A stretch of 64,000 nt of DNA from Antedon mediterranea (lineage: Eukaryota > Animalia > Echinodermata): contig NC_092671.1 of the NCBI RefSeq assembly GCF_964355755.1, forward strand, positions 20,708,001 to 20,772,000, in the 5' to 3' direction. The notes under the pieces were generated by a model. The model did no database searches and was not told where the DNA came from. It was given only the letters and a program-made list of their open reading frames with translations. Positions 25,566 to 38,889 of the stretch are shown in pieces. Positions within the stretch are counted from its first letter, which is position 1. Each line of letters opens with the position of its first letter. The position numbers and the translations under genes were made by a program.

Positions 25566-26149
25566 CCTTTTTCTCATTCTCACAGATTTCCTCATCTTTA
25601 TCGTTTCAAAAATTAATTAAATAATTTTCAGTGTATCACCGGGCGGTTTGGAATTTATTTCTATGCCTGTTGTGTTTATTCTCTTTTGTGGTTAACCACC
25701 ACCTTTATTCAATTAATCTTTCATACATATTTTATTCACATTTCACTTTCGTACATTAAATTTCCGCATTCTACTTTGTTCGTTATTTTCTGATTTTTAC
25801 GGTACTCTTTTAACCTTTATAGGCTACATAGTGTTTTGATTATGAATACAAATAACCTAAAAATCCACACTTTTTTTGTGTGATATAATACATTTTAAAA
25901 TACAGTATATTTTGGAAACGTACCGTATGTCATGTCATTACATAAATACACTTCAAATATGGATGCCACTTATAGGGGAAAACATGCCTAGTGTTGCCTA
26001 CAGTTTTTTTAAGCTCAGTTAGAATTTTAATTGTATATGATGTACACGGCAATTGAGTACAATTGATTTTTTATTTGTTGACAGCTAACAGGAGTTCTTT
26101 GAACGATCTACTGCTGTTATCTAACTTTTTTAAATATATTGTTTTATTC

Positions 26150-27575
26150 CACAGTATGTGATTATGTCTACAATAATAAAACATGTTTTTCGTCTTTAAT
26201 GACTCCACAATTGTTACATATGTTACTATTTTCAGTTTCCAGTTATACAGTTTTAGATTTGTAGGTACATTTCTATTTAGAATTTGTAATTCAATTGAGC
26301 AAATTTCTTTTTTTCGTTTTTCACTTTTCTTTTTCAGACATCACACCACTTGATATCTTCGTTAAATACGTTTTTCCATTTAAGTATGCTTTTCGGGGGA
26401 ATAAAAACATTATTAACGAAGTTAGAATAAACATTTTTGTTGTCATCTTAATTATATTGTTGATATTGTATTCCAGATTCACATTCATATATTGGTTCAT
26501 ATTTGGCATATTATGCTTAATACTTAACCACTCTTTTATGGAATAGCTCTAGCTAATGAAACATATTGAGCTATCCATTTTTTCTTAATACGTAGTTCGC
26601 ATTTCTATAGGATCATTAGACGATTTAAAATAATTGTATCTTCAATTTGATTAAAACCTGCATCTATCCAGTTCTTAAAGAATAGTGGTTTGTTTCTATA
26701 TTTAAATATTTAATATAATTATTACCCGATAAGTTTTGCTTTATCACTTCTTCATACTTGTTAATTGTACCTTCATTATTCATATTATTAAATTCAACCC
26801 AACACTTTAGAAGATTATAATACAATGATGGTATATTACCCAAACCCATGTTATTTTTAAAATTGATATTTGATATACTCAAAATTAGTTCGTTTCCAAA
26901 TTTGTTAAAATAGTATAGTGATAATATTTTCCATCTTACGTGTTTTGTACACAGTAATTTTCTTGCCCATATCATTTTCAGAGCATTTAGGCCTATGTAT
27001 AATGCATACCTATATACTCCTTTAATCATTTTACCGATTAAAGTTTTTCTTTTAATTTTTTCCGTTTTTCCATTCCATAAAAAGTTATAGGCCTATACAA
27101 TCAATTTATTTACTTTAAAAATAACATCGTCCGATACATCGATTATACTACATTGTATTTTAGTTTAGACAAACCTAAAATGGTAACTTTGCCAAAAAAA
27201 CTAAGGTTTCTTCCTTTCCATGTATTGAGTAGCATTTCTAAGTTTGCTACCTTACTATCCCAGTTTAATTCACTGCATTTTTTTCATTATATCCCACATA
27301 AATACCCAAAATCTTAATTGGTTCATCAACCCAATTTAGAATACATGATTTTTCGATTTTGTTTATATTTTTGTCAATCCATAGGCCTATAGCGTTGGTT
27401 TTTAAAAAATTTAAATTCATACCAGACACTTTATTAAACTTACTAACAATATTTAATAAACCAATCTCTATACTTTTTTGATTTCCCACAAAAATTACAG
27501 TGTCATCTGCCAAATGTGCAATGCGAACTTCCTCACCATTATCATTGTTAGGTAGAGATATTCCCTTTAACGGAC
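26150..27575 (-). pseudogene. Decayed Tx1/L1-clade ORF2, 3' part (RT LADD motif onward)
   Basis: GISLP...VRIAHLADDTVIF...SGMNLNFLKT...PIKILGIYVG...; many frameshifts. Confidence 0.85.
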
Positions 27576-28905
27576 TACTTTGAAAAAAGTATGCAAAAAA
27601 GTAAAAGTGTTAGCTCCGAAGAAACAGCATGAAAATGAAGGTAGGACAGAAGAAAAAACAAAGAATATTGAAAAGAGAAGTTTAAAAAAGAGAAACAAAA
27701 ACAAATAGATTAATCTTAATAATATGTATTCTAAATATTGTAATGTCCTTGCTCTTTACTCTAATCTTATGAATTTACATTGTAACACTAAACGTTAGAG
27801 GAGCCAGAAATATAAATAAGCAACATAAACTGTTCCAATGGGTAAAAGATCAAAAAGTGGATATATGTCTGCCTCAGGAAAGCCATCTAACAAATGAGAT
27901 ACTTAATAAATTAAATTTTGTTAGGGAAGAAGGTGAAGCGATCCATAGTATAGGTAATTCACATAGTAGAAGAGTGTCTATACTGTTACGAAAAGGTATT
28001 GAATGCAAAATTGTTAAAAAGTTAACCGATATTGATGGAAGATATATATTTTTAATTTAAATGAAAAAGCATTGGACATTATAAATAAATATGCTCCTAA
28101 TGAAAACAAAAATAGAAGTGGGTTAATAATTAAAATAATCGACGTTTCAATACTAAAAAATAATAAAGAACCGGTAAGTGCAAGTTTGTTATGGGACCTT
28201 GTAAAAAATAAAAGAATTTTCAATTGCAAAAATAAAAACCAGAATAAAAAGAAAGAAAAATTACAAAAACAAATAAAAAACTTAAATGAAACAATTATGA
28301 ATATTCAAAATTGTGATATAACCATTAAAAATAAATTGAAAAAGAAAAGAGCTTGAAAACATTTTTAACTTAGAAGCAAAAGGCGCGCAAATTAGGTTCA
28401 GAGTAAAATGGATCGAGGAAGGCGAGCGGAATACAAAATATTTTCTTGGGTTAGAAAAATCTAAAAGTAAAAGAAACACATAAAAAGTTAAATAACTAAA
28501 GATGGGAGCTTAGCAACGAGCCCAATTGATATTTTAAAACAAGAACAAGTACAACATTTCGAAGGTTTATACGCAAATAATGTCATAAACTCTGAAAAAA
28601 ATAAGACATACCTTTGTAAATCTAATCTAATATAAACAAGCTTTCAGAAATAGAAAAAGAAAGTCGTGAAGGTTACGTCAATACTGGTGAATGTAAAAAG
28701 GCCCATTTAATGATGGAAAAAACACCAGGATCGGACGATCTAAGTGTTGAATTTTATGTTTTATATTTTTGGAATAATATTAAACATTTTATTTGCGATG
28801 CTTTAAATGAAAGTTTTAATTCTCAAGGATTATCCTTTTCTCAAAAACGAGGTGTAATCACCCTTTTGTTCAAGGATGGAGAAAGAGAAAATTTGAATAA
28901 TTGAT
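27576..28905 (+). pseudogene. Decayed Tx1/L1-clade ORF2, 5' part (APE endonuclease to RT start)
   Basis: DICLPQESHL, SRRVSILL, INKYAPN, AKGAQIRFRVKWIEEGERNTKYFLGLEK, KTPGSDDLSVEFY...SQKRGVITLLFK. Confidence 0.85.
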
Positions 28906-28997
28906 TCGTTGGTGGCGTTTAAAGATGTATTGTCCCCCTGAAAAAGTAATTCTTAACAACATTTTTTTTTAATATGCCATTTTAATGTAACATAATA

Positions 28998-31900
28998 TAA
29001 AATGTAACAGATCAAATGTAAGCAAACTTTCAATTGATGACTATACTAAATGTGAGGGATTATTATCAGTTGATGAATGCACAAATGCTGTTTTAAAAAT
29101 GCACCTTAATAAAAGCCCAGGATCTGATGGCTTGAGTGTTGAATTTTACAGAAAGTTTTGGGACCATATAAAAAAAATGCTGTGTACAGCTCTGAACTAT
29201 AATTATCACAACAACATACTTTCAAATTCACAAAGGAGAGGTATAATTCAATTACTTTTCAAAAGTGGACAAAGAGAGAAGTTAGAAAACTGGCGACCTA
29301 TCACACTCATTAATGTAGATTATAAGATATTAGCTCATGTTCTATCAATCAGATTACAAAAAGTAATATCAACTATTATACATTCTGAACAAAAAGGTTA
29401 CATTACTGGAAGATTTGGTGGTGAAAACATAAGACTTGTAGAAGATATACTTTATTTTACTAATATCAAAAACAAACCCGGCGCCTTAATTTTCCTCGAT
29501 TTTGCAAAAGCGTTTGATTCGGTAAACAGAAATTTAATGTTAAAAACGCTAACAAAATTTGGATTTGGTCCTTCTTTTATTAAATGGATTAAAGTAATAT
29601 ATACTGATACAGAAAGTATAATGGTAAATAATGGTTGGATGTCGGAAAGCATTAATATGGAACGTGGAATAAGACAAGGGTGTCCTTTATCGGCCTTGTT
29701 ATTCATATTGGTAGTTGAATTGATGGCCTGTAACATACGGAACAATCCCCTATGTAAAGGAATTGAATTGCCAAAAATAAATGATGAAGAATGTACTGTT
29801 AAGATAGCTCAGCTTGCAGACGATACTATCATCTTTACAAAAGATAAAAATCGTTAATCTGCTTTTTACATGAGATTGAGCTATTCTGTAGAATATCAGG
29901 TTTAAGATTGAACAAAGGAAAAACAAATGGTATGTGGATTGGTGCGAGTAAACATAATATGTCAGAACCATGTAATATTGCATGGACAAAGAAACCTGTA
30001 AAGTTTCTAGGAATTTATGTTGGATACGATAACAAATTATGTGAAAAGAAAAACTGGGACGATAAGATTATTTCTTTAGAAAATATCTTAAGATTATGGA
30101 AAAGAAGAAATCTTACGTTCTTTGGAAAAATTAGGCCTATTATAATTAAAACCCTAGCCATATCTAAACTAATATACAATGCTAGCATTATAACCGTACC
30201 AAAATATATCTTGCCCAAGGTGGAAAAGATAATATATAGTTTTATGTGGAGTGGTAGACGAGAAAAGATTAAAAGAACCATACTCAATAGAAAAACAGAT
30301 AAAGGTGGTTTAAATATGATTAATTTGAATGCAAAAGTCAAAGCATTGAAGTTAAACTGGGTTAAGCGACTCCTTAGCCCAGATCCAGGAAAATGGAAAT
30401 GTATACCGAGTTATTTTATGCACCCTATTAAGTATACTGTTAATATCACTCAAATTAACAATGAAGAGCATTCTGATCTAAAACTATTGCCTGTTTTCTA
30501 TAGAGAAATGATAATTGCTATAGTTAATATTAACAACTTTAACTGGTCTGACCCACAAAACATTGAAGACGTTAAAAACCAACAATTGTGGGAAAATAAA
30601 TGTATACAGTTAAATGGAAAGTCAATCTATTTCAAAGTTTGGCTTGATGCAGGCTTTAGAACAATGAATGAAATAATTAAGGAGAATATATTATTACCAA
30701 TGAATGAAGTGTTACCATTACTATCACAGAAACAAAATGGATTAATTGAATATATAGGGCTAATGAATGCTATACCACAATCATGGAAGGAAATTATTTT
30801 GAATGGTGAACATGTAAATAATCAAACAAACACCGATTGCTTTTGGCTTCATACAAAACAACTTAATGCAAAACTATTTTATAATTTATTTGTGGAAAAT
30901 ATAATATCAACTCCTATAGCACAAGAAAAATGGGAGATAGAATTTCAAAACTACACTTTTGCATGGGATACCGTATGGTATAACAAGGTGTTTTCTATGA
31001 CATATCACAAAAGTCGCGCAATTCAATTTCAAACTACTACATCGTATTCTTGCGTGTAAAAGTAAGTTAAAAATTTGGAAACTTTCAATAAATGACATAT
31101 GTGAAAGATGTAATAGTGAAATTGAAAATGAAAAACATTTGTTATTTTCATGTAATAAGATTAAACCCATATGGATTGTATTTAAGTTTTTGATCTCAAA
31201 CTGTTTTGTACAAAAGATTGATATAACCTGGCGTAATATTGTTAAAGGATCGGAAACGAAAACTGTAAATGAACTTATTTCAATATTTACTTTTTGCATC
31301 TATAAATAGTGTTTAGTAATAAGAAAAGAAAAGAAACAAAATCAGGAATCAAAAATAATTTGGAGATTATTTTACTATGAATTAAAGCATTTATTAACAA
31401 ATGAATTTATGAATAATTTACATAAGGCTCAGAAGAAATGGACGAATAACCTAAAAGATAAATTATTAAAACTATCTAAAGACTTGATGTTAATAATTTA
31501 ATTATTTTATCGATTCCTTTTTTCTTTCTTACCTTATCATAATGGACACAAATCCTGCATATCAACGTAAAATCTGTTTATAAGCATCACATACAGTATA
31601 CCTTTTTAAGATGACAATAGTTCAAATACATGTAGCGTGTCAATATAATCTGTATGTATTGGTATTTGTTTAACATATATATCTTTCTATATTTGCATTA
31701 CTTTATATCGTATACGTGTCAATTTAATCTATAGGTATGTGTATTTGTTCAATATATATACTTCTATACTACTATAATATGTTATACCGTAAATACAAAT
31801 TGTAAGTAGCAGTTGTACTAAGATGACATCGGGTATGAAGCGTCTCACATACACACAGAGCCAAAATTGCATCTTGGACTTGCACCGTGTATGGACTCTA

Positions 31901-32360
31901 ACCTTACGGTTTCCATTAAATATACCATTTCATGCTATCATTCTAAATAACTAACTTTCAACCTACTGCATTCCTCTTTTTTTCATACCATCCATCTTAT
32001 CTTGGTGAAAAGGGAGGATACTACATTTTCCTCCCCTGAGTTTATAGCCTCTCTACTCAAACACAAACTCGAACACAAATAAGATCACAAATAAGATAGT
32101 TTAACAAGACAATTTTAATCATGTATTTTTACCGCCATTTTTCATTTCTACATTTTAATTAACATCGTATCTAAAATTTTAAATGAGAAAATATATGGTT
32201 AATATAATGAATTCTGGCATCTTATTATGTAAATATACCGGTATTTTAACTACTCTAAACACTTACTTTAATTGTCACAAATGTACTTATATGTATATAA
32301 TATATTCATCAATGAGAATTTAAATAAACGTGAGAAGAACTCACACAAGACAAAAAAAAA
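28998..32360 (+). mobile_element. 5'-truncated Tx1/L1-clade non-LTR retrotransposon
   Basis: RT ORF2 remnant, long 3' UTR, AATAAA at ~32324 and A-run at 32352-32360; candidate TSD AACATAATA at both ends (boundaries approximate). Confidence 0.7.
29020..31490 (+). pseudogene. Tx1/L1-clade reverse transcriptase ORF2 with C-terminal cysteine motif (frameshifted)
   Basis: KSPGSDG, NWRPITLINVDYKI, LDFAKAFDSV, RGIRQGCPLSALLF, QLADDT, GGL, CERCNSEIENEKHLLFSC; breaks near 29855 and 31010. Confidence 0.93.
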
Positions 32361-32519
32361 CATAATAGTAATCCATTTTGACCAAAGTTTTTTCTATGGA
32401 AGTGATTAACTTTATTAAAACTACAAAATAACATATTTAAAGTCTGTTTTAATTAATCTTCATTTTTCATGTTTTGGGGGACAATGCATCTTTAAATGTA
32501 CAAGTGCATTTAAAAAACC

Positions 32520-33380
32520 TACGATTAATCAGTTTTTTACAATACTTTGCACACTCATCCTTCCTTATTTGAGCTATGGTAACATTGTCTGGGCCAACAC
32601 TTACCCCACAAACATCATTAAACTCTCTATCCTACAAAAAAAAGCTATCAGGACTATAATAATCTGGCGCTCATCCACTGTCACATTCCTCCCATTTATT
32701 CTCCAAACTCAATCTTCTCAAACTCTCGGACATTAACCTATCCCAGCAAGGTGTCTTTGTTTTTTCGGCCACTCACACACTTCTCTCTTGCCATCTTAAC
32801 GAACTTTTCGCTCCTAATAATACCGTTCATAAATATTACACTAGAACAAGAAATAACATACATATCCCCAAACACAACACCAATTATTTTCAACATAGCA
32901 TTAGATATTCTGGACCTCTATTGTTTAACAATTTACTCCCCTCAATTTCCTGTGCTGCTAACCGCTATTCATTCTATAATAAAATTAAACATTATCTTTT
33001 GTCTCATTACTGATTGATCTGTTTGATATGGTCGTGGGTTTCATGTTCCGTGACTTGCTACCTTTATTATTCATTTTGTTATCATATTCGCTATATGCCA
33101 TGCAGCTGTACTTTTCTGTTCTTCATTTTTTTACTTTTTATTCCAACTTTTATCTACTGGTTTTAATATATTTTTTCTTATTTCTTTATTGTTTAATTAA
33201 TTTATTTTCTTATTTATATTTTTTTCTTCTCTTAATTTAAATTTGTAAAGGCAATCCCGTCACAAGATTATAATCTTTTTGGGATTTGCCTTCGTCCATT
33301 TTCTTGTATTATCACTTGCCTTTTTGTTTTTTATTACTTTACTTCTGGACGTGAATAAATGTTCTTTGAATTGAATTGAA
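32520..33380 (+). mobile_element. CR1/L2-group LINE 3' fragment
   Basis: TLILPYLSYGNIVWANTYPTNIIKLSILQKKAIRTI; ends AATAAA plus (TTGAA)n tail. Confidence 0.8.
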
Positions 33381-33681
33381 AAGTTCGATATTAGAAACTT
33401 AAAGAAGTAAGCTGTTGTGTCTTAAGACTTCTATTCTGCCTAAATAGTTTTATTTAGATACCTATGATAGTACTTTGAGGTGTAAATCTACGTAGCCCCG
33501 TGTTCAATAACAGATTGATCAACCAGCCAAAATACCGGTGAAAGGAAGTGATTGATTGGTGAGACAATTGTTTGCACTAGCAACCTATAGCAACAAAAGA
33601 TTAGAGCGTAGCTTTACTTGTGTACGTACGCACGCTTCACGCTCTAGTAATTCTTCTCTGTCCTTGAAACCGCTTGTTGCG

Positions 33682-36195
33682 ATGGAGACAGCAACACAAC
33701 CTAGCACACGGATTAAGCCAGTATTTGTCAAAGACGATTATGTAAAAGAAGAAGACATCTATTTTGCATTGACAGACGTAATCAATTGTGACAATCTATT
33801 GGTCCTCAAAAAGTGAAAAACTTATGGAGGATCTATATAAATGATCACGGAGAAAGAGTCAAAGTAATAACTTCTGGACTCAACGTAAAAGGAGAGCAAG
33901 TGACTGTGTATGACTTAAACTCATACAGCAACGCAGATGAGAACTTGATAAGAGTTCTAGTAAAAGACATCATACCACAATAAGTCAGAAATGAGGAGAT
34001 AAGTAACGCCTTTTGGATGTAAGATTATTGGAGAGACACAACTAATTAAATTTAGATTACAAGAAAAACTATCCCGTTTCCTGAACGATGATCGTGCCTT
34101 CTTCGTAGAGCGCTTCAAAGGAAGCTTGCCAAGATTCATTAAAGTGAATAACTTCAGTGCTATAGGCTCTTTAAAAACCAGAAATTCGAAATTACATGTT
34201 TCGAATGCGGTCTAACAGGACATAAAATCAATGAATCAAAGATGGACAGTATAATCTGTCACAAATGCAATATGTCAGGCCACTTCGCAAAAAACTGTAA
34301 AGACAAAAAATTGTTATGAACTCGACAAATACATTACCAAAAACTTACAACGAATATTTCTGAGTGGATTGATAATGAGGAAGAATGCCCGCACGTAGTA
34401 AGAAAAATAGCCTAGAAGTAGAGGAAGGGCAAGTGGAAGTGGATATAGAAGAGGAAGCATTAATAAGCGTAGAAGAGGAAGAGAAAGTAGACCTTGAAGA
34501 GGAAGATGAAGAAGAGGAAGAAAAGATATTAAATATCATTGAAGAAGAGAATAGACAAGATGAAGCAACAGGCAACGTCATACTAGTTCTAGAACTACTT
34601 AACAAACCAGTTATGCCAACAAATAAGCCCGAATCTATAGAATTAGATGGAAAAGTTCGGCAAATTATGAAGGAAGCCACAGCCAAGAGTTAAAACAATA
34701 AATCAGAAAAATAATGAAAAAATGCAACCAAAAGAATAAAAAGAAGAAGCAAAGAAAACGAGATAAAAATGTTGAGCAGACAAATAAGGCTGCTGAGAGA
34801 GCGAGTAGTATAAGCAAGGGTATGAGACCAATTACAGATTTACTACTGACTGACTGACTACTAGCAAAACAGATGCCTCTAATACCAAAGCGATAGTTGC
34901 ATCTAGCAAAAGGAAAAAGCTTACTGAAAGTGGAGAAAAAAATGTTGAAAAGAGAGATAGAAAATCTGATTCAGTAAGTTAAATTATGTTGTTCTTGCTT
35001 CAACTGTTAACTCAGTAAATTTGATATAGTTATTTAATTAGAAAAAAAAAAAACGAACAATAAATAATTATGAAAAACAACAACAAAAGAATTCCCTACA
35101 TCTAATATCTCTAAATGTTAGAGGGATTAGAGAAAATTATAAGAAGAAGAAAATATTTAAATGGCTGGAAGATCAACACATTGATGTTGCATTCCTCCAA
35201 GAAACACACTTTGATCAGAAATCTATAAGATGTAACAATTTGTTGTGGAATGAAGCCATGTTTAATAGTTTTGGTACAACTAATAGAAGGGGTGTATCAA
35301 TATTTTTTAAGCCAGGATTTGATCAAAGTGATATTGAATGTAAATATACTGGCGAAGAAATTAGAATGATTATTCTTAAAGTAAGATATAATGAGAAGGT
35401 GTTTAATTTTATTAATGTATATGCACCTGACAATTACAAATAAAGGGCAAACTTCTTCAAAAAATTAGAAAAAAGATTGAATTGACGTGTTTTAAAAAAG
35501 AAGAATATAAAATAATTTGAGGTAATATGAATTGCATTTTAGAAAGAAAATTAGATGGTGATGTGATGTCTACCGACATTTAGACCATCAATATGTTCTG
35601 ACCATCAAGCTATCTCATTAAAAATATTAAATAATCAACAAAAAGCTGGTCCAGGAATATGTAAAATTAACGGTAGTGTTCTTAATGATGAAGAATACAA
35701 CATAAAAATAAAAAAAATTATTGAAAATTAAAAAAAATTAAAATAATCTTACTATTTAGAATAACAATAAAAGAATTTTCTGCTAAATTCTGTTCAAGTA
35801 AAAAAAAGAGATGAATATTAATAAGTCGAACAAACTAAATATCGCATACGATCAAAATATAAAAGACAAATTAAAAAATAAAAATAATGACTTAGACAAG
35901 ATTTATCATTGTGAAGCAAGCGCCATAGTCATATTAAACAAGAAAACACATTATACTATGATCTTAAAAAGGAATGGAAAACATACCATGGATGTTCACG
36001 AGATACTAGAGGGACAAATTAAATTCTATAATGTAGATTACAAAATACTGACATAATGGCACATGCTCTATCAAACAGACTAAAAACTAAAAAAGTACTA
36101 GGGTCTATTATCAGTAATGATAATCGGAATTCTCGGAATTTATGTTGGTTATAAAAAAGGTATTTGTGAAAAAAGACTGGAATGATAAAATTAGG
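33682..36195 (+). mobile_element. Decayed Tx1-like LINE: ORF1 (zinc knuckles, acidic tail) and deleted ORF2
   Basis: ORF1 RIKPVF...LWRIY...CFECGLTGH...CHKCNMSGHFAKNC, Glu-rich 34385-34693; ORF2 LISLNVRGL...DVAFLQETH...FINVYAP...SDH. Confidence 0.85.
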
Positions 36196-36311
36196 GATTT
36201 ATTTGTTTACGGGATATACCCTTATTTAGTAAAGTATACGGTACACACACATACTGTAATACACATGCGATGGATCGTAAAATACATACAAAATGGTTGT
36301 TGGTATCTGTA

Positions 36312-36312
36312 A

Positions 36313-36362
<50 letters not shown>

Positions 36363-36420
36363 TTATTATTATTATTATTAGTGTTGTTAGTGTTATTATT
36401 ATTATTATTATAATATTATT
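36312..36420. repeat. (ATT)n microsatellite
   Basis: Imperfect ATT trinucleotide run. Confidence 0.95.
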
Positions 36421-36424
36421 TTCT

Positions 36425-37660
36425 TTCTCTTGAACCACTTGAAGGCCTACGCTGGAGCTAGCGGGAGCATTTATAAAACTTGTTATCTTCCCTTGTTTCT
36501 CCTTTGTTGGCTCGCTTTCCTCATCATCTTCGTCACTCTCTTCACTGTCATCTCATACTGATTTTTCTTTATCTTGATCAGTGTCCAGAGCCTTTTTAGT
36601 CGCGTGGAAGCGACTCTATAGTTCACTATGTCGGTCGGTCGGTCTGTCTGTCTGTCTGTCTGTCGGTCTGTCTGTCGGTCTGTCTGTCTGTCGGTCCGGT
36701 ATCACTATGCGTTTTATCGCTTTATGACCTTATCTTGATATCAGTTTAATCTAGCTAAGTCAATTTTTCACAGAATATTCCTTATGGCCAGGAATCGATG
36801 TGGTTATGTTTTCACGGTGCGCAATAAAAAATTACGCGGTCTACGCACGATTTAACGAAATCACGTTTGTAATCATATCTTAACAACCATGAATCACAAT
36901 TAAATAAAATTTGGTACTCATAAATTTCAGGGCATAAATCATCATATGGCAATACAATTACGTGCGTAGCGCATGTAACGCATGCGTACGCGCGCTTAAA
37001 ATTTTCAAAATTTATTTTCGATGAAATAAGAGTACGTTTCAGGCAATTTTAAGCGTTTACAAAATTGCCATGAGTGCGCAGATTTTTGCGCGCGCAGTGC
37101 GCGTTAAATGTTATTGCGCACTCTTTTTGCCCGATTTCTGTTTTCTTGACTTACTTTTCAACTCGAAATTACGTTATACGAGCACGTCAAAAGTGACAGG
37201 CTACGCACGTGTAAATTAAAAAAATATAAATGTTTTTAAACATTTCAACATTTTTAAACATGTTCAGTAATTTCGGTCAGTATAGTTCACTATGTCGGTC
37301 GGTCCGTCTGTCTGTCGGTCTGTCTGTCTGTCGGTCTGTTTGTCTGTCGGTCCGGTATCACTATGCATTGTAGCACGCGACTTAATGGCTGTTGGCCTTG
37401 TTTCTATGACACGTTCCCACATTTCTTGGATGAGAATTTCACCTGAATCATTGTGTAACAGCTTTTCTGCACCACATTGGTCCTTTTTATGACCCTTCAA
37501 ACCACGGACGTGAAAAACAAGCTTATTGGAATATGTTTTCGCACTATGACCATTTAAAAGGCATTGACCATCGTGAAACATTTTCGTTTTGAAGTTTAAA
37601 ACAAACCTTTTAAGGGTTTCAGCGTATAGTACCCTGTCTCCATTTAGACAAGTACAATTT
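36425..37660 (-). pseudogene. Tx1-like ORF1 remnant split by a HINE
   Basis: CLNGDRVLY...KMFHDGQ...FHVRGLKGHKKDQC (decayed knuckle); the frame continues across the HINE into an acidic tract (DDSEESDEDDEE). Confidence 0.55.
36593..37402 (+). mobile_element. HINE/DINE-1-like element, copy 1
   Basis: TTTTTAGTCGCGTG, (GTCT/GTCG)n microsatellite, inverse CACGCGACT, 3' stem-loop GGCTGTTGGCC, inserted in a T-run. Confidence 0.85.
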
Positions 37661-37665
37661 GTTAA

Positions 37666-37754
37666 TTTTTAGTCGCGTGGAAGCGACTCTATAGTTCACT
37701 ATGTCGGTCGGTTGGTCGGTCTGTCTGTCTGTCTGTCTGTCGGTCTGTCTGTCG

Positions 37755-37793
<39 letters not shown>

Positions 37794-38513
37794 GGTCTGT
37801 CTGTCTGTCTGTTGGTCCGGTATCACTATGCATTTTATCGCTTTCTGACCTTATCTTGATATCAGTTTAATCTAGCTAGGTCAATTTTTCACAGTATATT
37901 CCTTATGGCCAGGAATCAATGTGGTTATGTTTTCACGGTGCGCAATAAAAAATTACGTGGTCTACGCACGATTTAACGACATCACGTTTGTAATCATATC
38001 TTCACAACCATGAATCACAATTAAATAAAATTTGGTACTCATAAATTTCAGGGCATAAATCATCATATGGCAAAACAATTACGTGCGTAGCGCATGTAAC
38101 GCATGCGTACGCGCGCTTAAAATTTTCAAAATTTATTTTCGATGAAATAAGAGTACATTTCAGGCAATTTTAAGCGTTTACAAAATTGCCATGAGTGCGC
38201 ATATTTTTGCGCGCGCACTGCGCGTTAAATGTTGTTGCGCACTCTTTTTGCCCGATTTCTGTTTCTTGACTTACTTTTCAACTCGAAATTACGTTATACG
38301 AGCACGTCGAAAGTGACAGGCTACGCACGTGTAAATTAAAAAAATATAAATGTTTTTAAAAATTTCAACATTTTTAAACATGTTCAGTAATTTCGGTCAG
38401 TATAGTTCACTATGTCGGTCGGTCGGTCTGTCTGTCTGTCGGTCTGTCGGTCTGTCTGTCGGTCCGGTATCACTATGCATTGTAGCACGTGACTTAATGG
38501 CTGTTGGCCTTGT
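37666..38513 (+). mobile_element. HINE/DINE-1-like element, copy 2
   Basis: Near-identical to 36593-37402. Confidence 0.85.
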
Positions 38514-38743
38514 TTAACATACGGTACACTGTCTGTAGCACAGTGTCTGTTGACAATTTACAATGATGTACAACCATAGGCAGGGTTTTCGCACTGCCAT
38601 GCAAGAATGGATAGGTGTTTTCCGCCGCTTTTAGGCCTTCTAGTCAATTATTGTTATTATTATTATACGAATTACGTTATTAGTTTAGTATAGTTCATCT
38701 ACCTTTTTAGCAGGGCATAATGAATATTGTAGTTAGGCTAGGC
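38514..38743. repeat. Left arm of ~230-bp inverted repeat (partner 46947-47172)
   Basis: CGGTACACTGTCTGTAGCACAGTG...GAATATTGTAGTTAGGCTAGGC is nearly identical to the reverse complement of 46947-47172. Confidence 0.9.
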
Positions 38744-38889
38744 CTACTAGTCTAGCGGGAAATCAACCAATCATTATTTGGTTGGATACGAGTTTGGGGT
38801 AGGAAGTTTAGTACGAGTTGGCATGGGTACGAGTCGACTAGGGGTGAATCGACCAGGGTACACCCGGCCGCCCTACTAGAGCATAGTAG

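Larger units (their letters stand above)
28923..32491. mobile_element. Kolobok-like MITE containing a LINE insertion
   Basis: TTAA|AGATGTATTGTCCCCC ... GGGGGACAATGCATCT|TTAA. Confidence 0.8.

Noticed and set aside
29452-31299. Minus-strand ORFs overlapping the LINE
   Set aside because: Antisense shadows of the RT frame.
34385-34693. Acidic 102-aa ORF as a standalone gene
   Set aside because: Lies between ORF1 zinc knuckles and ORF2 of a decayed LINE; best read as the ORF1 tail.
36226-36438. Poly-Ile ORF
   Set aside because: Translation of the (ATT)n microsatellite.
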